A stretch of DNA of 64,000 bases, taken from positions 131,688,001-131,752,000 of the forward strand of contig NC_042999.1 of assembly GCF_006345805.1 (NCBI RefSeq). Reading direction: 5' to 3'. The translations under genes were made by a program, and so were the position numbers. This DNA comes from Octopus sinensis (Eukaryota). Positions 11,024 to 22,110 of this stretch are shown one piece after another (positions within the stretch are counted from its first letter, which is position 1; every line of letters begins with the position of its first letter). Under the pieces are notes generated by a model. It saw only the letters and a program-made list of their open reading frames with translations. It searched no databases and was not told the DNA's origin.

Positions 11024-12690
11024 GTTTAAAAAGTGGCGAAAGGAGAAGAGAAAACATGAAACATCAAATATTGTAAGTATACTTCAAGTACATATAAGTA
11101 GATTTCTAACAATCTGATACAATGTGAATACTTTAACCAACATTACTCTGTTGATATGAGAGGGCTCGGTGGAATGTAGTCTCAATCCCATTTATGTGAT
11201 ATTTGCCATTGTCGAGAGAATGAAAATGTTTATACTAATATATACTATTACATAGTATCCACGTAATAGTATATATTAGTGTTGTGGAAAAGAGGGCTTA
11301 TGTTATGGAGACAAACAATAGAAATTTTAAGATTTTGACTTCATAATAAAACCCTGAAAGAAAGTAATACGAAAATAGTTTCTTGTTTTTAAAACCATAT
11401 CGATGACTCAATCGAATGCACGCCGGAAATGACTATCCTGTCGAGTTTTTAGATAAATTGTATTTAAAACTATATTATTCAATGTGTTTCTCCTTTTTAA
11501 AAATAGGAAGGTGTAATTTTAGGAAGATTTGGCTGCTATTTTGGCGAGTCAAGCAATTACATGGAGACTTTCTCATTAGTTCAAATAAGACAAGTACAAA
11601 CAATAGACCAAATATTTTACACGAAGAAAGAAACGTGAATATATTATTGCTTATGGTTAGGAAGTAAATACGTTCATAAATACCAGATATTTAAGGAAGA
11701 GTTAGAATCACTGTTGACAAAATCAGAAGTTTTGAGTGGAATTTTAAAAATAAACTTTTCTTCAATAAATATATGTATCAAATTGACGGGCGTAGGCGTG
11801 GTTTAGCGACATTTTTTTCCGGTTTTACGTTCCCAGTTCAAATTCCACTGAGGTCAACTTTATCTTTCATCCTTTCGCGGTCGGTAAAATAAGTACCAAT
11901 TGAGCACTGGAGTCGATGCAAACTACTACCTGCCTATATATATATATATAGGACGGGGTTCTTTCAGATTCCGTTTATCAAATCCACTCACAAAGCTTTG
12001 ACCGGCCCGAGGCTATTGTAGAAGACATGCTCAAGTTGCCACGCAGTGGAACTGAACTCGGAACCATGTGGTTGGATAACAAACTTTTTAACATACAACC
12101 ACTCCTAAAATCTTTCTGTTCACAAAAGAGTTTCCAGTGTCACTTACTAATTCTTAACTGTATCGTTAACCAATACAAATATTATGAAACTAGAACCATT
12201 AATCCATTATCAATTCAGCTACATGTTAATTTCAAAATTATGAAATAAGCTTTTCTAATATTCATGTCTATTTTCGTTTATTTTCCCACGTTTAGACACT
12301 TTTTCTTTATTTCTCCGCATCGCACGTCATGACTAAACGTAAACTATCGTTTTACATCGTTATTATCCTGCATTTTAAAATGACACAAAGGAATGACGAA
12401 AAAACAAAAAAGAAGACTTTATATAGAATTCAAAATATGATTTCAAATGAAATAATAAAACCAAAGAATTCGCCCAGAAACTTACGACGTAATAACTTTG
12501 ACCGTGACCTACTATAAAATATGACTTCACAAATACGATCATTGTTGTGGTCTTGTGTAAAGCGGCGAGCTGGCAGAATCGTTAGCACCCTAGGCGAAAT
12601 GCTTAGTGGTTAAGGCTAAACAACTGGCAAGCAAATCTGTGGTATTGAGCAGAATGTATGCTATAACGATATTTCTGTTTCAGCAACTCA

Positions 12691-13049
12691 GTGCTGAAAT
12701 GTAATGGAAAATAGGTCAGTTTCAAAACATTGATGTTTAGGTCACAAAAGCAAAGTTTGAAGGGAATAGTAGTCATTTCCTTTGATTTTTAGATAGAAGC
12801 AAATAGGAAATAACACTTACTGACCAAAGAGAAAAATAAATAAATAAAAATTTTGTTACATTAGTGTAACGGTGCTGAAATGTAATGGAAAATAGGTCAG
12901 TTTTAAAACATTGATGTTTAGGTCACAAAAGCAAAGTTTGAAGGGAATAGTAGTCATTTCCTTTGATTTTTAGATAGAAGCAAATAGGAAATAACACTTA
13001 CTGACCAAAGAGAAAAATAAATAAATAAAAATTTTGTTACATTAGTGTA
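12691..13049. repeat. direct tandem duplication, period 181 bp
   Basis: 12691-12868 and 12872-13049 are near-identical (one substitution seen). Confidence 0.9.
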
Positions 13050-13169
13050 CGAATCAAACATTCATTAAAATTCCTTATTTGGTCTTCGTTTCAAAGTGTT
13101 TGTTTATTTCAATCCAATCTCAACCAAACAGTACTTGTTGAAACATTTCTCTATATAATATTAATATTT

Positions 13170-13860
13170 GACCATAATAATGGCTTCAGATTTCGGTATA
13201 AGCCCAGCAATTTCGGGGAAGTGAGGTAAGTCAATCATATCGATCCCAGTACTTGACCGAAACTTATTTTCTAGACCCTTGGAAGGACGAAATGCGGAAT
13301 TTGAACTCAGATCGTAAAGTGTTAGAAGAAATACTCCACGACATTTTGTCCGACGATCTAACCAATTTTCAGGCTCTTCACCATTTTAATAATAATGGTT
13401 TCAAATTTTGGCACAAGGCCTATAATTTCAGGGGCGGGGTAAGTCGATTATATCGGCCCCAAAGCTCGACTCGTACTACTTTTATCGATCTCGAAGGAGT
13501 GACAGGCAAGATCGAACTCGGCAGAATTTGAACTCAGAACGTAAAGACGGACTAAATGCCGCTAAGCATTTTGCCTGGCATGCTAACGATACTGTCAGCT
13601 CGCTGTCTTCCTAATAATAATAACGGTTTCAAATTTTTGTACAAGGCCAGCAATTTCGGGGGAGGGTTTATTTGATTACTTTGACCCAGTGCTCAGCTTG
13701 TGCTTGTTTTATCGACCTCGAAAGGGAGAAAGGCAAAGTCAACCTCAGCAGAATTTGAACTCAAAATGTATAGATGGACGAAATGCCGTTAAGCATTTTG
13801 ACAGGCGTCTTAACGATTCTGCTCGCTCGAATCATTTACCGCTGGTATTTAATTTCCTGT
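13170..13860 (-). mobile_element. tandem array of family M SINEs
   Basis: At least three head-to-tail copies with (AAT)n spacers and a ..GGCCTTGT(G/A)CAAAA..TTGAAACC tail. Confidence 0.8.
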
Positions 13861-14689
13861 CAGGGAACATAATCCGAAATTTCAACCAGCCTAGACCTGA
13901 TTCAGTGCATTGTTACTAGATCTTTTAAAAGCAGTTATTTATTAATCTTATAAGTTGATAGCTTCAGATAGAAGTGAGCAGCTATAATTGTCCCTCAAAA
14001 GTGAAAGCCTACTGGTATTGTTTCAATTTCTTCTAGTACGTCAACTGCCAAATCTTTTTATAACAACAGAGTTGAAATAATACATAAAGCCAACAGCGAG
14101 AACAAATAAGTGAAAATGAACTTCAAAATACAATCACTGTAATGGCAATTTCATGAAAGAAAGAAAGACAGAAAAAAAGAACCGGCTTGATTTGTTTCCA
14201 TTGTTTTAATGTTGGGCACTAAATACATAAAACCTAAATTTAGTGCACAAGTGAAGGCCAGTAATGTATTCTGCAGCGATAAAAATCTCCTACTCTTTAG
14301 TAGTATCTTGTATTTATATAGCGACTTGTCATGACTTGATATTTTGTACAATTTTTATAGTGAATACCTGCTTGTAAAAGTACTGGGAACAGTTATGGTT
14401 CGAGGTGGTCTTTGCTACTTCAGATAAAGCTGTCATCTTGTAATTCTTTGTGATTTACTAATAGTAAACGTTGTTACGGTCAACTTATGAAGAATACTGA
14501 TTTCCATTTCTCCTTTTTCTTTTTTCTTTCTTTTTGTTTACTTTCACATGTAAGAGACTCTCGGGATATATTTTAATGTCATATTAAATCTTCTGGGCGT
14601 TGTAAACGATTGAAATGCAAGTATAATTAAAAGAAATTAAAAGAGATTCTAAAGAAAAAGAAAAAAAGGAATACATAATAGCAATAACA

Positions 14690-15313
14690 ACAATAACTGT
14701 TTCAAATGTTGGCACAAGGCCAACAATTTTAGGGAGAAGGAGTTAGTCATTACATCGACTCTCTGTACTTAATCGGAATTTATTTTGTCGAGTCTGAAAG
14801 GACAAAACTCAAAATTCGCCTTGGCGGAATTTGCACTCGGAACGTAGTGTGTCTGAAGAAATACTGCAAGGCATCTTGTCCGATGTTCTAACCCTATTTT
14901 TCGGCTCACCGCAGTAACAATAATAATAATCCTTTCTACTATTGGTACGAGGCCTGAAATTTGGGTGAATACCTTACATCGACCCCAGTGTTTCACTGGT
15001 ACTTAATTTATCGACCCCGAAAGGATGAAAGGCAAAGTCGACCTCGGCTGAATTTGAACTCAGAACGTAACGGCAGGCGAAATACCTATTTCTTTACTAC
15101 CCACAAGGGGCTAAACACAGAGGGGACAAACAAGGACAGACAAACGGGTTAAGTCGATTATATCGACCCCAGTAACTGGTACTTGTTTAATCGACCCCGA
15201 AAGGATGAAAGGCAAAGTCGACCTCGGCGGAATTTGAACTCAGAACGTAAAGGGAGACGAAATACCATTAAGCATTTCGTCCAGCACGCTAAGGATTCTG
15301 CCAGCTCACCGCC
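14690..15313 (-). mobile_element. family M SINE cluster including a SINE-in-SINE dimer
   Basis: 14925-15313: head, body, Tx1-type tail, then GGTATTTCG and a second body with the ordinary tail; GGTATTTCG repeated at 15258-15266 and 15078-15086. Confidence 0.8.
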
Positions 15314-15331
15314 TTGATGATGATGATGATG

Positions 15332-18300
15332 ATTCTTTCTTTATTGGCCACCAGGGCTGAACACAAAACATAGAGAACGATATACAGACGAGAGATAGTG
15401 AGGTTAAACGTGTAAGCAGCCAACAAACACAACTAATAACAAAGCGATTAAATCAACAATATGATTCCCCAACAGTAGGGAGTTCCACCGTAAAGAGACC
15501 TCACGCATTTTCGACCCATTAACACCGACGGCTCTTCAGGAAGCACCCTCTCTTCCCCCTTCCATCCGGCCTACAGGCACACACTTAGAGTAGGCACATT
15601 CACGCAGGCCATTCTTACCACATTCACCCACCTTTCAACGAACTTACTGGGTACAGTACCTCCCTCCTCAGTCTCACTTTCCTTTTCAGGTGGGACCTGA
15701 AAAAGTTAATGAGGCCTTGACCAAAGAGAAAGGTACCCGTCTTCAACCCTTTCAATCACGTCCACCACACACCCTCTTTTGTCATAACCACGAGACAGAG
15801 AAAATTGCCTTCCCTTCTCGGCCAAAGAAAGGAAGTGGGGCGATCTTCAAAATGGACTCGAACGATAGCTGGATCCGTCCTACATGTAACAATAACTGTT
15901 CAACAAATCTCCACAACTCAGCAATGTGCGGACACTGTACGAGAGCAAGCCGAATGGTTTCATCGCTCCGCGTGCATCTCGGACAAGCCCGACTGACTGC
16001 ACACCCGTGCCTGTAGAGCTTATCTCGAACCGGCAGCGGCCCCCGGTAGCACTGGAAGTTATCCATAGTTCCCAGCTCGAAAGTCCTGCGGAAGAGACCA
16101 GCGAATTGATTCCCCTCAATGCCCTGGATCTCTCCGAGTATGTCGTCGCTCTTATCCTCCGTGTATGTCATCGCTCAAGCCCCTACAGAATTTCAAGGTG
16201 GAACTTCTACCGACCGCATTGTCCGACTGGCCGAGGGCTGTGAGCGCGTGGAGACACCCTAGGTGCCAAGCGCCCTGCATCGGTCTACGCCTGATCCAGG
16301 ACTGTAGCTCCATCAAGGAGACGAGTTGCGGAATGCGCGTTCAACAAACGGCCACCACACCTGCTCACTGCTCACCGTTAAAGTATTGCTGGAGATGTCG
16401 GAGCCTCAGTGCATGTCTGCGCATCCTCAGCCACGGCATGCCCAGTCCTCCACGCAACGGGTGATAACAGCAAGTGAACCATCTGACAAGCGGTACCTGT
16501 CCCTTCCTCCGGAAGTAGAAGAGCAAATGCACCAGCTCGTTCAGCCACGAAGCGGGGCAAGGGACGACAGTCAGGCGATAGTATATGACGGATGCGATGT
16601 ACGCATTCGCCACCTCCGCCCGACATTTCAGAGGCAGATTCCTCTCGGCCAATTTCTGGGTGAGACTGACCACCCTGTCTGTCACCTCGCCCCAGTTCTT
16701 GTCCACTTGGAGATCCAGACCGAACCAGACCCCGAGCAACTTAACAAGTCTTTCTGTCCAGCGTCCCACCACGCTGTCGGTTGGCATGGACCTGCCTCTC
16801 CAGGGGCCGAACTACAGTCCCATTGACTTCTCCTGGTTGATAATTGCTCCTGTCACCGCTTCATGTTCCCTTAGGATAGTGCCGACCATCTCGATTTCCT
16901 AGGTGTCCGACACTATCACGGTGACTTCGTCCACATACGCTGACACGAACCTTTCATATCCGGGTTCACGCGGGATGCCCCTCGAAGCCTCCAGCTTCCG
17001 CAGTAATGGCTCGAGTGCCAGTACGTAGAGAAGGGGTGAGAGTGGGCATCCTTGACGGACCGAAGGTGCGATACTAAACGATTCCATGAGGTGGCCATTT
17101 ACTTTGACCTCCGAACAGATGTCATTGTACATTGCTGCGATCCAGGTTTTGAGAACGGGACCGAAATAAGCCGTCTTGATGACAACCTCCAAGTACAGAT
17201 GGTCGGCCCTATCAAACGCTTTCGATTGATCCAGATGGATCAGGGCTCCATCCTTAGCAAGTTCTTTACCAGCCCTCTCTACGATGTATCGCGTTAGGTA
17301 GAGGTTGTCGTGTATAGTTCTGCTGGGGTAGCGCAAGTCTCAGCATCACCCACCAGTCTGTCAACGATAACCGCCAACTTCTTTGCTAACACCTTGGCCA
17401 AAAAGTTGTAAATTGTACTGAGCAGAGTTATCGGCCTAAAGTTGTCAACAATTCTCCCCTTGTTCGGATCCTTTCTCAGTAGCGTCACAACACATCTCGG
17501 CTCACAGATCCGGGTATTCTCCCATTCTGCTGCCAGTTGCAGTAGACGTCTACTAAAAGCTCACCAAACAAGTCTGGCATCCATATGCCAGACTTGTTTG
17601 GCATATAAAACTCGAAAGGCAGAGCATCCTATCTCGGAGACCTCTCCCTCGTGCAACTAGCCAGCGTGTCAGGTATATCTTAAGCTGTTATCGGCATTTC
17701 GCAGAACTCCACGTCCCTGGCCGAAAGCTGCGGCATACCATCAAAGTAGGAAGTGAAGTTCACCTTCGCATCCGGGTCACTGCACGCCCTGTATAGTTCA
17801 GCAAAGTGCTGCTGAAATTCCGCACATATCTGCTTTGATTCGTGTAGCATGCGCCCGTCCCGACCCCCGAAAGACCAAATTGTAGTTTTGTTACCACGTT
17901 GCGTCTCGGCCACCCGGCCCATTGAACTGCTTTCGTTCCCTTCTGCCTTAGAGCACGCGCCCAAGCTCTGACAATGCAACCTTTAAGAATTGGTTCAGAA
18001 CCAATCTCACTGCCAGCACGTCGGTCGCTATGCTTCTACTGAGTGTCTCTTCTAATTTCTTAACTAGGTTTCCCTCTACTCTAGTCTTCTCTATCGCTTG
18101 TTCTCTTCTAAATTCTACAGCTTCTAATCTAATCGCCCGTTTTAGGCCCCTCCCCTACCATCGGTTCTTGACGACTGCACCCGTCAACTTTCGATGGAGT
18201 AACTTGCTAAGCCGGTCTCTGAAAGCTTGACGCGCCGGGAAGGACGCGTTCAGTTTCCAGTATCCGAGTCCTTGCCTATGGAGCCTATCTAGGTCAACCG

Positions 18301-19990
18301 TACAGATCACAAATTTGTGGACTGTGTAGTTGACGAATTCAAATTGTGGACACCCTATGCTATTCCTATCTGCTGGCTTGCGCACCCCACTTTCCTATCT
18401 GCTAGCCTCACCCGATTCACACGTGTATCCAAAATGGCGTTCCAATCGCCCACTAACTAAAGAGCGAGACGTCCCTAGAAAGGCCTCCAGGCGTCTGAAG
18501 AACTCCGGCTGCCCCACTCCAGTCGGTGCGTACACTGTGACCAGTCTAAAAGCACTACCTTCGTTATCGTTCACGTCCAGGACCATCGACTTAGCTTCAG
18601 GGTCCAGGAAAACCGAACGTATCTCGAGATCCAATCCTTTCCTGAACCACACTGCCACCCCAGCCACATGCCCGGTCGACAAAGAGATACAAAAATCTCA
18701 AAGTCATTGAATATGGGAGCTAAGGCCCGTGTGTCCGCGATCTTGGTCTCACTGACGGCTATTACATCCAGACTTAGCCACTTGAAGTCGTAGCACAAGT
18801 ATCCTTGCTTCCTCAACGACCCCAGGTCACGTACATTTATACAACCTACTTTAAGAACCGCCATGCTGGCCAGGAAGTAAGGAAAGGAAAAAGGGAGTGT
18901 CACTTACCTCCTGGAGCTGTTTGTGGTCGAGTGGTTCTCGTACACTGTCTGATTTGTTGGGGGTTCCTCTGGGAACCCCCTTAAAAGCCATCTGCTGGCC
19001 GTTATACTGGGAGATATACTGCTCTGGCTTCACGTAGAAAAACCTCAAAGGTAGTCCCGACCCAAATCTCCTTCCTCGATCTTTTAACCTCCAGGAAATT
19101 CTTCCCGTCGTCCATACAAATACAGGCGACAATTCACCATAAATCCAAGCATAGTGGGACTCTAGGTACCGCCCTTCTTCCCATGTACGTTACGAAGAGG
19201 GCGATTTCCTCGGTGCGATACGTGGTCACCGAGTTCTGTATCGCCTGCTCCTCGGTCTTAAAAAGGACCTCTACTCCGCCGTACAGCCTCGTTCTCGCAA
19301 TGTGGTGAATATCCTGCCATATGTCTTTTCAAGGCTTTTTCCACCTGGTCGCGTTTAGCATTTTCGAGTTTTCTTATCTTTGTGCTCACGCACCTGTTGA
19401 CAACTGTCCGTTTGGCTGTTGCTTCAAGCACGTCGCTTGGAAGTGTCAATTCTGCCCTCCTTCCATTCATTTTCATATGTTTTGCTGCCTTGTTTAGTTT
19501 TTCTAGTTTGTTCTCCAGTGAGATGTTAACCTATTCCTTAGCTGTCGTGATATTTGCAAAGGTTTCTTTCCCACCGCTAACTCCATTTTTGTTAGATTCT
19601 TCAACGCAATTGCTTTCAAAATTGTTTTGCGTGCTACTACGATTTCTATGTAGTGAGGAAGACCTTCTTCTTCTTCTTCTTCTTGCTGTCTACTGCCAAT
19701 CATGGTGGGGATGACGGGGAAGCCGTATCACCTTCGTTCCTCACTCCCGCTTTTCGTCACCATCTTCAATGTTTACTTTATTCGAAGCAAAGTTTCAAAA
19801 AAATTTGAATACAAAAAGGTTTGTATCACCCCCAAGGTGGGGGCAATAATAAAACAAAATGTCAGCCTCCAGAAGGGCAACTGGCTTGCAAAACGATTTA
19901 ATCAACAAAATACAGTATAGAACCTTTTAAAACAAATGAATTAAACATAAACTTACAGCGCTCCAAAAACACACCTCCAGCTACGGCGAC
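15332..19990 (-). mobile_element. L1/Tx1-clade LINE, degraded, near full length (copy 1)
   Basis: ORF2 fragments: APE (VGCINVR, SETK, VYAP, GYWKLN), RT (FRPITLL, DQSKAFDR, VRQGCPLSPLL), C-terminal CPRC..C; ORF2 ATG at 18864; ORF1 remnant from 19763; tail TTCAGCCCTGGTGGCCAATAAAGAAAG. Confidence 0.9.
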
Positions 19991-20005
19991 AACAACAACA
20001 ACAAC

Positions 20006-20058
<53 letters not shown>

Positions 20059-20073
20059 TAATAATAATAATAA
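19991..20073. repeat. (AAC)n(AAT)n microsatellite (SINE tail)
   Basis: Direct reading; abuts the family M tail AATCCTTTCTAC. Confidence 0.9.
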
Positions 20074-20571
20074 TCCTTTCTACAGGGCCTGAAATTTAGG
20101 TTGGCCAATTACATCAACTCCTGTACTCCTGTAAGCTTTGCGCGCCGGCGAAGACCCATTCAGTTTCCAGTGATCAAGTCTTTGCTTAAGTTAGATAACG
20201 GCAATGAACAGGCATGAAGCTATTTGTTCATGCTTTTAGTTCAGATACCGTCGGGTCATCTTTGCTTTCATTCTTCTGGAATCGACTGGACCCTTTTGCC
20301 AAAATTTCAGGCCGTGTGCCTATAATAGAAAGAATTATTAATCAGGCGGCGAGCTGGCAGAACCGTTAGCACGCCGGGCGAAATGCGTAGCCGTATTTCG
20401 TCTGTCGCACATGTGTTCGTGAAGTAAGAATTGCTGTTTCGTGGTGTTAATATTGTTAACAACTGTTGTTTCTTGTTAAACTGTTGAATAACTTAACTGT
20501 TGGAGTTTTCAATTGAAAACACTTAGTGCTTGTGGTAGCACGCGTTGTTCATTCCCCCTTTGGGGGGAAGA

Positions 20572-21852
20572 ATGTCGTCTAGCATGGAGCCTACCGTTGG
20601 AGCAGAAATACTTGTTTCTCCTGTTGAGAGGAGGAAATACATGTCCGGCGAGGAGCCAACTACAGACAAGGAAATAGGGGTTTCCCCCGCTACAAGAAGG
20701 AATAGCAGAGAGGATAATATATTTGATATTTTTGGAGATGTGTCTGAGAGCTCGTCAGAACTTTCACCAGAAGAGTTTCCGACTTTGCCAGAGAACAAAG
20801 GCATTGTGTCGAAGAGAATAATTGATGTGCCTAGCATCCAGATAGAACCAAAAAATGGAAAAAAAAGTTTTGCGTTGGCTGCTGGGGGTGGAACCCAGAT
20901 ACTGTCGACGAATAAAAGCGAAATTATGAAATACAGCAAAATGATGGAAATAAATGACAACAGTGTGAAAATTGAACCTCCGCAAAAGTTATTACAGGAA
21001 GAAAAGCAAAAAACAATAATTTTCAAAACATATTGTCTACAAAATAGAAAAATTGAAAGAATGTCAGAAGAGAAAATAGAAAAGTGCTTAAAGCCAATAT
21101 TGGGCGACGTAGTATTTCTGAGAAGAGGAAAAAAATTCGGAACGGTGGAAGTAAGGTTCACCAATAAAGAAATAGCACACAAGAACTCAGTGGAAACGTT
21201 GAAAACGAACGACGTGGAGTTAATACCCTATTATATGGGGATGAGGACGTCGCGAATAAAAATTACAAGGGTCCCGCCAGAGGTCGAACCTATGTGGTTG
21301 TTGGCGGCAGTCCTAATCAAAGAGGTAGAAAAAATTACTCTCCTCCAGGCTACCGCTACGGAAAACCCACGCTGGGATGGTCAAACAATTAATCTTCTCA
21401 TTCAAGCGGACCCTAAAATAATTCAAACAATTCCTGAGACAATTGAGGTAGGGGAGGAGAACCTCGTGGTGTTTGTTGAGGGCCGAAAACCTCGATGTTT
21501 TTTATGTGGTCAATTAGGCCACATTCGAAGGAACTGCAAGGAAAATGAAGAAGAGGAGGAAGAGGAGAAAAAAGACAAAGAGGAAGAAGATAAAGAAGAA
21601 ACAGATGAGAAAAAAACAACAAACAAAAGAAAAATACAACCAGCAACCCAGCCGAGAGCGGCGACTACTACAGAACAACGACCAAAAAAGACTGCCAGAA
21701 GAGAAAAAGAAGAAAAAGGCATAATAGCCGTATACACTAAAGATACTGAGCTCATGAGAGACATTCAACTCATAAAGACTGTAAAAAAAATTGATAACCT
21801 TTCAGAGGAATTTATCAATTACGACATATATGAAGTCTCAAATAAGACATAG
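20572..21852 (+). CDS. Tx1-like ORF1 protein (gag-like CCHC zinc knuckle); C-terminus probably frameshifted
   Basis: CFLCGQLGHIRRNC knuckle and acidic tract; the frame 21791-22099 carries RLDFNKS, which matches the ORF1 end of copy 3. Confidence 0.85.
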   Translation: MSSSMEPTVGAEILVSPVERRKYMSGEEPTTDKEIGVSPATRRNSREDNIFDIFGDVSESSSELSPEEFPTLPENKGIVSKRIIDVPSIQIEPKNGKKSFALAAGGGTQILSTNKSEIMKYSKMMEINDNSVKIEPPQKLLQEEKQKTIIFKTYCLQNRKIERMSEEKIEKCLKPILGDVVFLRRGKKFGTVEVRFTNKEIAHKNSVETLKTNDVELIPYYMGMRTSRIKITRVPPEVEPMWLLAAVLIKEVEKITLLQATATENPRWDGQTINLLIQADPKIIQTIPETIEVGEENLVVFVEGRKPRCFLCGQLGHIRRNCKENEEEEEEEKKDKEEEDKEETDEKKTTNKRKIQPATQPRAATTTEQRPKKTARREKEEKGIIAVYTKDTELMRDIQLIKTVKKIDNLSEEFINYDIYEVSNKT

Positions 21853-22110
21853 AATTCTACAAAATAAGTACAGAAAGACTGTATCTTCATTGAGATTAGA
21901 TTTTAACAAGTCGATATTTCATGGATTACCAGCTCCGATCCCGCGAGAAAAGGAAAAGGTGGAGATTCCCCCTCCACCTGATAATTCTGTGTCGGTGGTG
22001 AGACGGGATTTTGACAAATCTATTTCCCAAGACCGTCCACCTCCGACCCTGGATAAAAAAAAGGTGGAGGGTCCCCCTCCACCGGACAATCCTAATTAAA
22101 CAGGTAAGTG

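Noticed and set aside
20343-20404. tRNA-like heads of the three SINE families as tRNA genes
   Set aside because: No complete cloverleaf; each continues into SINE body and tail.
20523-21182. Antisense ORFs over the LINEs (e.g. 219 aa here, 176 aa at 23262-23792, 173 aa at 46209-46730)
   Set aside because: Shadow frames of LINE coding sequence with no independent motifs.
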